A stretch of DNA of 64,000 nucleotides, taken from an uncultured Chloroflexia bacterium. Lineage in GTDB: Bacteria; Chloroflexota; Chloroflexia; QHBQ01; JADMIH01. The stretch covers positions 75,780-139,779 of the forward strand of contig CAWINE010000013.1 in the NCBI GenBank assembly GCA_963837315.1. The letters are read 5' to 3'. Each line of letters opens with the position of its first letter. The stretch's first letter is position 1. Positions 54,695-64,000 of this stretch are shown one piece after another. The notes under the pieces were generated by a model, which worked only from the letters and a program-made list of their open reading frames with translations, searched no databases and was not told the origin of the DNA. The position numbers and the translations under genes were made by a program.

Positions 54695-56719
54695 ATGTCA
54701 GTATTCCAACGAGCCAATATCTATTATCGAAGATCTGGACCCTGAGCCGCCGCCAAAGCGAAGCGCTCGCGAACCTGGGAGGTTATTGCGGGCCTCCTGC
54801 TTCTGGTAGCCGTGCTTGGCTTTGCCAGCTGGGAATGGGTTCACCAGACCCGCCTTCAGAACGAGTACGGCGCGGGCACCGATGCCATCGCACGCCAGGA
54901 TTGGGAGTTGGCGGAGGCCGATTTCCAGGCGGCCTCGGGCTATCTCGACGCCGACAAGCAAGCCCAGCAGGCGGTCGACAATATCGCCACGCGCAACGAA
55001 CAGTACGAAGCCGCGGTGGCTGCCGAGAAACTGAGCGATTGGCCCGCGACACTGAAGGCTATCCAGCAGGTCACCCGGATACAATCGAGCTATAAAGATG
55101 CCGTCCAGATTTAGCAGAAGGCAAGCGGCCAGGTCTACAGTGACGCCCTGAGCGGCACTATCGCCCTGCGCACGAGCGCTAACCCACCCGGCCTCTATTA
55201 TTACGCTCAACGCGGCTGGACCTGGCTCCCGAAGAGCGACCAGGGCAGCCAGGTCAGGGGCCAGAGCGCTAACGGCTGGATTGTGTACGATATACCGGGC
55301 GAGGTTGCGGCCTCTGCCGCGCAGCCAACGCAAACCCCGGCGCAAAACGGCAGGCCGGCTCCGCCTACCCTGGCAGGACGCCGCTTGATGGCGATGCCCC
55401 TTGGTGGCCCCGGCCCCGACAAAGCCGCAGAGCTGGCTCTCGATCCCGGCCAGTATAACTCGTTCCAGGCGGTAAATGGGGGCGTGTGGGCGCTGCGCGG
55501 CGGATTTCGCTACGGAGGGAATAACTTCTCCGGTGGGTTCGGCGGGCAGCGGCGTTCGGGACCGGGCTCATTCGCTTTCGGAGCTACGCCGCTCCCTGCG
55601 GCGGGAGCAATATACGAAAGCTATACAAGCGTCCTCACCACCGGTGTAAAGCTGCCCGCCGGCAGGAGCGAGCAGAATAGCGTTGCCACTATCCTCGCCT
55701 TCGACTTAAGCAGTAACAGCTACATCCTGGCAGACTCGCCCCAAACGAACGCCGCGCCCGGCTCCGCTGTCACCGGAACAACTACCCTTTACCTGGGACA
55801 GGCTGGAGGAGATTTGCAAACGCTTTACGGCCAGCCCGACCGTAACATTAGCTCCGCGCAATTCAGCCCTGACGGGACCTATATCATCGCGCACTCGTAC
55901 AGCGTTTCAACGAAGGCGGAGTTGATTTTGCTCTTCAGCCTTCAAAGTAACGCCTCACCGCGTGTACTGGAAGAATTGACAGGGCAGTTGATCGTGAACC
56001 CTCCCGGCAGCCAACCTTCGAACCCAAACGGCAGGCGCGCCTTCAACTTCGCCGGTTACGGGCTTTCTGCCGCATTCCTGCAGGATGGACCGTTCGCCGG
56101 GAAAATCGTCATATCAAGCTACGAGGGCCAACAAACCGACCTGAAGGTAATCGACCCCAGGGATCCCGCCGAGGCACTCGTAGATCTGCAAGCGCCTGGC
56201 AGCAACAGGATTCCCTGGACGATCGACCCCGGCAATAGTCAGATGTCACTGATTTCCGGCCAGGAAATGGCCCCCGGTGGGGTCCAGGCTCTGGAGACGC
56301 TGTGGGTCGTAGCCCTGGTGCCTGGCAAGCAATCGACCATAACCGCGCTCGCCCTCCCCGCAAATAACTTTGCCGATTTGGCTATGGTCGCAGGCGACCA
56401 CCTATCGTTCAGTGCGTACACTCGCGCTCAAAACCGCGGGGAGACACGCTCCGTCCTCTCCTTCCCGACGAGCGGCCTCGGAGCCGCCGGGCAACGAGAC
56501 CCAACTATGTCCGCGCAGTTGGGCTCAACGAGCGGTAACGGCTTCGGCTTTTTCAACCTGGGCGACTACAGCTACGGTCCAACGCTCTTCGCTTACCTCT
56601 CGGGTACCGACCTCCACGCAAGCCTCTACAACGGCGCAGTTGATGTGGCCCTCGAGCCCCACGTAAGCTACCTCTATAACCCTGCTCTGCATCAGATGGC
56701 AAATAATCAGCTTCGGTGA
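54695..56719 (+). pseudogene. tandem family member 3, two N-terminal frame changes and an in-frame TAG
   Basis: ATG 54695 is out of frame with SNEPISIIEDLDPEPPPKRSAR, and the frame returns at TWEVIAGLLLLVAVLGFASW. TAG at 55112-55114 replaces the Glu of the conserved AQIE(E/K) position. The frame then stays open to 56719 (ORF 55283..56719) and ends LEPHVSYLYNPALHQMANNQLR. Confidence 0.6.
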
Positions 56720-56788
56720 AACCGTAAACATGAACATCAAGCGACCCTGGACAATCGGAGATTACCCATAACTCAAAGCAGCACCCTG

Positions 56789-56929
56789 TAACTCACCGCA
56801 GAGGGAGTTCGCGGCCCAGAGGGCACCCCGCTCATGAGCGCAGAGACGCGCAAAGAATTTATTTGGTTGCGTATCCAACCATAATAATCTCTGCGTAACT
56901 CTGCGCTCTCTGCGCCTCTGCGGTGAGTT
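56789..56929. repeat. CTCTGCG-type palindromic element
   Basis: Left arm taactcaccgcagaggg (56789-56805), with gagcgcagagacgcgcaaagaat, faces right arm atctctgcgtaactctgcgctctctgcgcctctgcggtgagtt (56887-56929). Confidence 0.85.
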
Positions 56930-57041
56930 TATCGGTAATCACCGATTAGATAATAATTGACATCCCCACACCCATGAGGTATAGTTACTGAACACACAAT
57001 GCAGTGTGCTCTATCACGCTTCTCAAGACTACGAGAAAATC

Positions 57042-59551
57042 ATGAGCGCAGCCAACCTCGACGTGGGTGATAGAGAGCCTGAATTGGGCGAAAGCCTTTC
57101 GGAATCAGCACCCCGCCAACAGACCCTAAAACAACCGACGACCGGTCCTGAGCCTGCGAAGGATACCTCGCTAAAGATGCAGCGACCGGCAACCAAAGGC
57201 GCCGCAAATGGCGTCCTCGACGGTCAGAACGGCGCGCGCCCGGCGTCTAACGGACACAAGCCAAAAGCACGCAAAGGCATCGAGATAGAAACGGTCGGCC
57301 AGAGTCCCAGGCCGAAGACTGTCACCCTCGACACGCCTGATAAAGTACGTCCGCAGGCTACAACCCCGACACTGATTTCGAAGGCATCCGCAAATCCTAC
57401 GCCTTCGCTGAGCTTGCCCACGATGGCCAGATGCGCGGCACCGGCGAGCCGTACATCACCCACCCCTTGCAAGTGGCCTATATCCTGGCCGAGATGCACC
57501 TCGACTCTGAGACCATCGAGGCCGCTCTCCTGCACGACACCATCGAGGATACCGCCGCCACCAACGACGACATCACCAAGCTGTTCGGCCCCACCATCGC
57601 GCACCTTGTGGAAGGTGTTACCAAGCTCGGCACGGTCAGCAAGCTGCGCCGCCAGAGCGAAATCGCTGCCGAAAAAGAGCGTGAGCGCGAGAAGAGCCGC
57701 ACCGACACCCACCAGATCCAGGCCGAGAACCTCCGCAAGATGTTCCTCGCCATGTTCGATGACCCGCGCGTGGTGCTCATCAAGCTGGCCGACCGCCTGC
57801 ACAACATGCGCACTCTCCATGGCCTCCCTCCCGAAAAGCAGCAGCGCATAGCCACCCAGACCCTCGAAATCTACGCGCCCCTCGCCAACCGCCTCGGTAT
57901 GTGGCAGATGAAGGGCGAGCTTGAAGACCTGTCCTTCCGCTACCTCGACCCCGAGAAGTTTCGCGAGCTTTCCGACCTCCTCAAGGAGACCGAGACCGCC
58001 CGAGACCGCTATCTTGCCCGCGTCATTACCAACCTCACCGGCGAGATGGAAAGCGCAGGCATCGAAGTCACCATCAAGGGTCGCGTCAAGCACGTATTCT
58101 CCCTCTGGCAGAAGATGCAGCGCAAGAACCGCCCTATCGAGCATATTTACGACCTGCTGGCGGTGCGTATCATCGTCGATTCGGTCAAGGATTGTTACGC
58201 GGCCCTGGGCGTGATCCACTCGCTCTGGCCCCCCATCCCCGGCGAGTTCGACGATTATATAGCGCGGCCCAAAGAGTCGATGTACCAGTCGCTGCACACC
58301 GCCGTGTGGGCGCTCGATAACAAGCCGCTCGAAATCCAGATTCGCACCCATGAGATGCACGAAATCGCCGAGTACGGCATCGCGGCCCACTGGCGCTACA
58401 AGGAGCAGCGTGGCGGCAAGCGGGACTGGCGCTACGAGCAGAAAATCGCCTGGCTGCGCCGCCTGATGAGCTGGCGCGACGAGGTGGAGACCGCCCAGGA
58501 CTTTGTCGAATCGCTCAAAAGCGACCTCTTCCAGGAGCACATTTACGTCTTCACGCCACAGGGCGACATCGTGGAGCTGCCCAAGGGAGCCACGCCCATC
58601 GATTTCGCCTACCGCATCCACACCGACCTGGGCCACCAGGTGGGTGGAGCGAAGATGAACGAAAAGCTGGTGACGCTCGATACGCCTCTGGAAAACGGCG
58701 CTGTAGTGCGTATTATGAAGGACAAGAACCGGGTCGGCCCATCGCGCGACTGGCTGCAGTCTGACCGCTTCATCAAGACCGGCAACGCCCGCCAGAAGGT
58801 GCGCCAGTGGTTCAGCCGCCAGCGCCGCGACGAGAAGATCGTCCAGGGCCGCGCTATCCTCGACCAGACGCTCAAGCACCTGGGCCTAAGCAACGTGGCG
58901 CAGGTCGACATCCTCGAATACTTCCCGCGCTATAAAGAGCTGGACGATTTCCTTGAGGCTATCGGCAATACCGACATCAGCGCGGCCCAGATCACGAGCA
59001 AGGTGGGCGAGCACCGCCAGGAGGAGCTTCTACCCGAAGCCGAAAGCACCGGCGTTACCATCCCGACCAACCTTTCAAACGTGCCGATGGTGCAGCCCAC
59101 CATGCAGGTGAGCGACCTGGGAGGCTTCCTCACGCAGCTTGCGCGCTGCTGCAAGCCCATGCCCGGCGACGAAGTGATCGGCTATACCACCAAAGGGCGC
59201 GGTATCACCGTCCATCGCTCGGATTGCTCCAACCTGTCGCAGGTGCGCGACGTTGGCCGCCTCGTACGCGTCAACTGGGGCGCGAAAGGGATGGCCAGAT
59301 ATCCCGCAGGCGTGCGCATCGAAGCTCTCGACCGCGCCGGATTGCTTCGCGACGTCACCACCATGCTCGCTGACGAGAAAGTGAACATCCTCAGCGTCCA
59401 CACCCACAAGAAACCCGCCTCCGCCACCACCACCCTCATCATGGCCCTCGAAGTCTCCGGTGTAGAACAGCTCTACCAGATGATGGACCGCCTACAGTCC
59501 GTGCATGGGGTGTTCGAAGTGCAAAGGGACACAGGTGGGGCGATTGAATGA
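57042..59551 (+). CDS. relA: bifunctional (p)ppGpp synthetase/hydrolase (RelA/SpoT homolog), apparent frameshift near 57349-57356
   Basis: ORF 57431..59551 has the HD domain (HPLQVAYILAEMHLDSETIEAALLHDTIEDT), the synthetase domain (YIARPKESMYQSLHT), a TGS domain (IYVFTPQGDIVELPKGATPIDFAY) and an ACT domain. The conserved N-terminal helix (GYNPDTDFEGIRKSYAFAELAHDGQ) is open upstream in the same frame but has no start codon. ORF 57006..57851 supplies an N-terminal extension in another frame. Confidence 0.85.
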
Positions 59552-60048
59552 ATGCGGAATGTGGAATTCGGAATGCGGAATGTTAGTCGCGCTTGATTAA
59601 CCTTCAGTAAATCAGTACTGTAAACAGTCCTGGCAATATTCCGCATTCAGGAGCGCTTATTCTGGCGGACAGGGATAACGAAAGCCTTCGCCTTGCGGTG
59701 CTGAAATTGGCAGACAGTTTACCCAGAGAACGTAGCGCTGACGTCATTGGTAAGCAATGCTAAGATGCGCGGCATCAGTTGGCGCGAATTACCGGAGTGC
59801 CTGCCGAGCAAAGTCAACAGCAGATTTCATGCGCAGATGCGATTGTCGGAAGAGGAGCCGACGAAGCTTATCCTCAGATGGAGTTACCGGTTGAAAGCAA
59901 TTTGGTAGCTCAAGGAAACTCACTGGCTTGATGAGACAAGCCAATGAGATAGTTGACTATAGTTGTGGCTTCAGTCAAAACAACAAGAAGTCACAAAGTC
60001 TAACGCAGTCAATAACATTCCGCATTCCGAATTCCACATTCCGCATTC
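59550..60048. mobile_element. MITE-like element: perfect 33-bp terminal inverted repeats flanking a decayed four-helix-bundle (23S rRNA IVS protein-like) gene
   Basis: The left TIR gaatgcggaatgtggaattcggaatgcggaatg (59550-59582) is the exact reverse complement of cattccgcattccgaattccacattccgcattc (60016-60048). The interior has lower GC and, across frames, reads ...LKLADSLPRERSADVIGKQ / RSKADFIAKM.. / ..ELLVESNLV / MRQANEIV.., which fits the TIGR02436-type pattern (my recollection of that family). Confidence 0.6.
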
Positions 60049-60060
60049 AAAGGAGAACGT

Positions 60061-61098
60061 ATGCCGGACCGCGAAGCCTTTCATATTGGTCCCTTCCAGA
60101 TAGGCAACCTTACCATAGACATACCGGTCCATTGGTATGGCATAGTGATTATGCTTGGGGTCGTGGTGGCCTCATATTTCGCTTACCGTGAAGCGAAGCG
60201 GCGCGGCCAGGATCCCGACCACGTTTGGCAGATGTTCCCCTGGGTGCTTATCTTCGGCATCGTGGGTGCACGCCTGGGCTTCGTCATCTCGCAGCTTGGC
60301 GACCCGCACTACCAGGACATGGCCAACTGGATTCGCATCTGGGAGGGCGGCCTCAGTATCCAGGGCGCAATCGTGGGCGGCGTGCTCGCCCTCCTCTTCT
60401 ACTCCCGCCGCTACTTGCTTTCCTTTTTCATGTGGGCCGACATCATCGTGCCGGGGCTCGCCCTCGCACAGGCTATCGGGCGCTGGGGCAACTACTTCAA
60501 CCAGGAAGCCTTCGGCTCGCGTTGCGACCTCCCCTGGTGCATCCCGATCAGTCCGGAGCGGCAGACCCAGGTCGCGGGTATCATCAACCCCGACCCCAAC
60601 GCCCGCTTCCACCCCACCTTCGCCTATGAGATGATCTGGGACCTTATCAACTTCGGCATCCTCATCTGGCTCAGCAGGCAAAAGAAATTCCGCCTGCGAG
60701 AAGGCGACCTCCTCTGGACCTACCTGATCGTCTATTCTGTCGGGCGCTTCATAATCGAACAGATAAGGATCGACAGCGCCACCGTTGCCGACCTCAAGAC
60801 GCCTGCTATAATCGCGATCCTCACTATACTGATCGCCGGGGCAGCCCTCATCTACCGCCACCGGCCCGGCAGCACGGCCCCATACTCCGACGACGTTTTG
60901 CCCGCGATTACCACCCCGGCATCTACTGTGGTCACAGGCAGTTCGCCCACGCTGGCCACAGCCACCGCCGCAGCCTCAGCAGGCACGTCAAGCCCGCCGC
61001 CCTCCCACGAATCGCGTGTCCGGCGTGTCCAGACGTTAGCCGATACTGAAGCCTCATCAGAGGGAGCGGGCAGCTCAGATACCATAGCAGAAGAATGA
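60061..61098 (+). CDS. lgt: prolipoprotein diacylglyceryl transferase with a Ser/Thr/Ala-rich C-terminal tail
   Basis: 345-aa ORF preceded by the SD aaggag. It contains IPVHWYGIVIMLGVVVASYFAYREAKRRG and GRWGNYFNQEAFG. Confidence 0.9.
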   Translation: MPDREAFHIGPFQIGNLTIDIPVHWYGIVIMLGVVVASYFAYREAKRRGQDPDHVWQMFPWVLIFGIVGARLGFVISQLGDPHYQDMANWIRIWEGGLSIQGAIVGGVLALLFYSRRYLLSFFMWADIIVPGLALAQAIGRWGNYFNQEAFGSRCDLPWCIPISPERQTQVAGIINPDPNARFHPTFAYEMIWDLINFGILIWLSRQKKFRLREGDLLWTYLIVYSVGRFIIEQIRIDSATVADLKTPAIIAILTILIAGAALIYRHRPGSTAPYSDDVLPAITTPASTVVTGSSPTLATATAAASAGTSSPPPSHESRVRRVQTLADTEASSEGAGSSDTIAEE

Positions 61099-61131
61099 CG
61101 ATCGTCCGCCCGAAGCAGATAGGCACCACGC

Positions 61132-63141
61132 ATGGATAGCGTAAGCGACGAAGCCCTCGTACCGGAACAAGCAGAACCAGATACAAACGAACCAACTATT
61201 GTCGTTCGAAAAGTAAGCTCACAACCTGTGGAATCCGGTGATTCCGCACTACCCGCTCTGCAACCCTCGCCTGTTAGACCCTGGGTGCCGGGCGAGCAGC
61301 CCGCCCCCGAGCCGGAAATTGAGGGCCAACCGCAAGACGAGTTCAGCCTGCCGCAGGCTCAGCCGGCCGCCGACCTCGCACCCGGTAGACTCAAAACCCG
61401 CTGGGTGCTACTCGTCTTCGGTGTCACCTTTCTCTTCTACGGGCTCTTCGTCAACCGTATCATCCTTTACAGCAGCCCGCCCACCGGCGACCAGGCGTTC
61501 TACCTCATGGTGACGATGAGCATCGTGCAGGATGGCGATTTCAACCTCGCGAACAACTACGCCAACCGCGACGAAAACAAGTTCTACTCTCTAGCTCCTC
61601 ACCCTCCCAACTTCGTAGGCATGGACGCCCCATACCCTCTTCCCCCACATAACGGCTTCACTCCGGCTCGGCCGGCCGGCGAGCAATACAATTTCCACTG
61701 GCCCGGCCTTTCCCTGCTGGTGGCTCCGGCCTGGGTGATAGGAGGCATTTTCGGCCTCTGGTGGCCTGCGACCGTGGTTTTCATGTGCATTATAGGCGCT
61801 CTGCTCGCCACCAATATCTTCCTGCTCGCCCACGAGATTAGCGGCCGAGCCTGGATTGCCCTGGTGGTGTGGGCGGCGCTCGCTTTCAGCAACCCGCTGA
61901 TGTCCTACACATACCTCATCTTCTCGGAGCTGACCTGCGGCCTGCTCATGCTGTATGCTTTCAGGCGATTGGCGCTCGGCTGGGGCGCGAACAGCCCTTT
62001 CAGGCTCCTGCTGGTCGGCCTCAGCATCGCCTACATCCCCTGGGTGGCCTGGCGTTGCGCACCCATCTCCTTCGGCCTGGGCATATACGCCGCCGTGCAG
62101 TGGTGGCGGTGGTACCGAATGCGGAATGCGGAATTCGGAATTCGGAATAAAGACGAATCAAGGAGCATTCCGAATTCCACATTCCACATTCCGCATTCCC
62201 TCTGGCTGGTGATCCCTATAGTCGTGTCACTTGCGCTGCTGACCTGGTACAACTTCTTCCTTTTCGGCAAGTTCTTTCCCAATAACCAGACACCCGAGCG
62301 CGGTGACCTGCCGATTTTCTTCTGGCCCTGGGAGAGCCGCGAGAATCTAACGCATTTCTTGACTTCAGGATACGGCCTGCTCTTCGACCGGGCGTTCGGC
62401 CTGCTGGCTTTCGCCCCGGTCTACCTGCTCGCAGTTGTGGGCATCATTGCTATGTTCCAGTCGCGCAGGCGCAGCGACCGGCGGCTGCTTTTCTGGATGG
62501 GATTCATCGTTCTCCCCTACCTGGGCATCATCATGTCGTTTTATTACTGGAGCGGCATATGGAACCCGCCGGCACGCTTCCAAACTACCCTTGTGCCTCT
62601 CCTTGCAGCGCCGCTGGCCATGGCCCTGGTCGCCTGCAATAACTGGTTTTACCGTGCAATTTTCGGCATCTTATCGGCATGGGGCTTTCTCATGATGAGT
62701 ATCATGGTCGCCGACCCGCGCCGCCTGTGGCCCGCAAATGCGCCTTACGAGTGGATGTCGGGTGCAGTCACCTACCTCAGCGGCGGGAACTTCCCTGTAC
62801 GGATCAACCTGTGGAACCTCCTACCCGCAGTGGACCCAGTCGACGAGAGGACCTTACCCTCCAATACTGCCCTTGTGACCATCGTGTCATTGGCCATAGT
62901 TGTGCTGTGCTATTTCCTGATGACTCGCTGGCGAGAGGCTTCGCGCAATTGCGGAATGCGGAATGCGGATTGCGGATTGAAGACGATCGGGCAACATTCC
63001 CCATTCGCCATTCCCCGTCCCGCATTCGGGCAATCCGCAATCCGCAATCCGCAATCCGCAATCCGCATTCGTCTGGTCCGTAGCGTTTGTGCTGGTGGGA
63101 GCAAGCTGGTATTTCGCCAACTTCGACTATATCCAGCATAG
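61132..63141 (+). CDS. polytopic membrane protein, GT-C fold (ArnT/PMT, GT39-like) glycosyltransferase candidate, with two repeat insertions
   Basis: 669-aa ORF with a first-loop motif SSPPTGDQAFYLMVTMSIVQDGDFNL and at least 10 hydrophobic helices. Repeat-encoded peptides are RMRNAEFGIRNKDESRSIPNSTFHIPHS and NCGMRNADCGLK...SAIRNPQSAIRIR. The 3' end runs through the repeat at 62947-63070, so the true stop is uncertain. Confidence 0.5.
   Translation: MDSVSDEALVPEQAEPDTNEPTIVVRKVSSQPVESGDSALPALQPSPVRPWVPGEQPAPEPEIEGQPQDEFSLPQAQPAADLAPGRLKTRWVLLVFGVTFLFYGLFVNRIILYSSPPTGDQAFYLMVTMSIVQDGDFNLANNYANRDENKFYSLAPHPPNFVGMDAPYPLPPHNGFTPARPAGEQYNFHWPGLSLLVAPAWVIGGIFGLWWPATVVFMCIIGALLATNIFLLAHEISGRAWIALVVWAALAFSNPLMSYTYLIFSELTCGLLMLYAFRRLALGWGANSPFRLLLVGLSIAYIPWVAWRCAPISFGLGIYAAVQWWRWYRMRNAEFGIRNKDESRSIPNSTFHIPHSLWLVIPIVVSLALLTWYNFFLFGKFFPNNQTPERGDLPIFFWPWESRENLTHFLTSGYGLLFDRAFGLLAFAPVYLLAVVGIIAMFQSRRRSDRRLLFWMGFIVLPYLGIIMSFYYWSGIWNPPARFQTTLVPLLAAPLAMALVACNNWFYRAIFGILSAWGFLMMSIMVADPRRLWPANAPYEWMSGAVTYLSGGNFPVRINLWNLLPAVDPVDERTLPSNTALVTIVSLAIVVLCYFLMTRWREASRNCGMRNADCGLKTIGQHSPFAIPRPAFGQSAIRNPQSAIRIRLVRSVCAGGSKLVFRQLRLYPA
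62117..62199. repeat. GCGGAAT-type hairpin inside the GT-C gene
   Basis: Left arm gaatgcggaatgcggaattcggaattcggaata (62117-62149) faces right arm cattccgaattccacattccacattccgcattcc (62166-62199). Confidence 0.9.
62947..63070. repeat. GCGGAWT-type hairpin at the GT-C / NHL gene boundary
   Basis: Left arm aattgcggaatgcggaatgcggattgcggattg (62947-62979) faces right arm cattccccattcgccattccccgtcccgcattcgggc(aatccgc)5attc (62995-63070). Confidence 0.9.
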
Positions 63142-63943
63142 GACCATTTTGACCCAGGTGCAGCGTATCAACGCTTCTACCATCATACAGGCGGCACGCG
63201 GCATCACATACCTGAACGGCAAGGTTTACGTGACCGACTACGATGGCATGTCCGTGGGCGTGTTCAATCTTGCCATCGGTACCTATTCGCAATTGCAAGC
63301 GACGGTAGCCGGCACTCCGCTCAGGTACGGCAAGCCGGGCGATATAAAGGCAGGGACGGATGGCAATCTCTATCTACTCAATAACGGCGTGGGCAACGAT
63401 GCGCTGCTGGAGATGAGACCTGACGGCACAGTCGTGAAACAGCTTGCCCTCAACGGCAAAACGCCTGTAGCCGCAGGCTTGCAGGTCGGTCCGGACGGCA
63501 AAATATACGTGGCTGACGTGGTGGGCGGTAGGATCTGGGAGTATGGCCCCACCGGGGGCGACCCCGCAGCATACTACATAGGCCGGACCGGCAGCTTCAA
63601 CAACGTGCTGGGTGTGCTGGTCACACCCAGCGGCGAGATCTTCGCCGCGGACAGCTCCAACATGCAGGTGCAGGAGATGAAACCTGGAGGCGCATACGTC
63701 AGGTCCTACCAGCTAAATTGCCAACCGAACTATATGGCCGCCGAAGAGAGCTGGATCGATGTCTCCTGCCCCGGCCAGGGCATTATCACGCTAAACACCG
63801 GCACGGGCAGCACGCAGCTTACCTGGACCGAGCCCGCCAGCGCACCTGCCCTCAATTCCCCCACCGGCATGACTTATGGCCCCGATGGTAAGCTCTACGT
63901 AATTGACGGCAGCACCCTGGTCGTTTATGCTGTGCAGCATTGA
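63089..63943 (+). CDS. NHL-repeat beta-propeller protein with an N-terminal hydrophobic anchor
   Basis: 284-aa ORF with a GTG start. The frame is open further upstream into the repeat (..NPQSAFVWSVAFVLVGASWYF). NHL-like blades include KVYVTDYDG, NLYLLNNG, KIYVADVVGGRIWEY, EIFAADSSNMQVQE and KLYVIDGSTLVVY. Confidence 0.7.
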   Translation: MLVGASWYFANFDYIQHRTILTQVQRINASTIIQAARGITYLNGKVYVTDYDGMSVGVFNLAIGTYSQLQATVAGTPLRYGKPGDIKAGTDGNLYLLNNGVGNDALLEMRPDGTVVKQLALNGKTPVAAGLQVGPDGKIYVADVVGGRIWEYGPTGGDPAAYYIGRTGSFNNVLGVLVTPSGEIFAADSSNMQVQEMKPGGAYVRSYQLNCQPNYMAAEESWIDVSCPGQGIITLNTGTGSTQLTWTEPASAPALNSPTGMTYGPDGKLYVIDGSTLVVYAVQH

Positions 63944-64000
63944 TATGTGGAGGAGCCGCCTGTGCAGAATGTCAACGCGTCATTGCGCCGGGTGAGAGTG

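Noticed and set aside
55112-55114. In-frame TAG in family member 3 as possible pyrrolysine or readthrough recoding
   Set aside because: It replaces a conserved Glu codon (GAG -> TAG) in a gene that also has two frame breaks, and no pyl genes are in view. A nonsense mutation or a base error is far more likely.
57224-58879. 551-aa ORF on the minus strand
   Set aside because: It is antisense to relA, has no recognisable motifs, and has the composition of a shadow ORF.

Overview
GC-rich bacterial chromosomal window. The gene content (split purL/purQ/purS, SLH-anchored surface proteins, two Uma2 nucleases, leaderless-type promoters) fits a Chloroflexota-like or other Terrabacteria genome, but that is inference only. 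There are about 45 protein genes, mostly housekeeping. Purine synthesis sits in three blocks: purL-map-purF (13.9-18.6 kb), purB (30.3-31.7 kb) and purC-purS-mrp-purQ (39.2-42.8 kb). Other genes include relA, lgt, mtaB, pepN, a P450, a glycogen debranching enzyme, several hydrolases and large secreted or surface beta-propeller proteins. I recognised no rRNA, tRNA or CRISPR array. Three things stand out. (1) Modular palindromic repeat elements built from tandem 7-9-mers (GCGGAAT/GCGGATT, TGTCAGT, GCCAAGAC, ACGTTTT, CACGAAGGT, CTCTGCG, GACGAAG, GTAAGCA) are very dense. They fill most intergenic gaps, and the GCGGAWT class also lies inside at least five genes (seven sites), mostly in frame, which resembles Rickettsia palindromic elements (RPEs). 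One copy carries a decayed four-helix-bundle gene between perfect 33-bp inverted repeats. (2) A vWA protein and a PP2C phosphatase fused to a Zn-ribbon pseudokinase lie divergently next to a tandem array of three paralogous membrane-anchored proteins of unknown function, two of which are disrupted. (3) There are about 18 apparent frame disruptions, including in purB and relA, and several come in compensating pairs. Either the consensus has indel errors or genes are decaying, and this must be settled before any pseudogene call is trusted.
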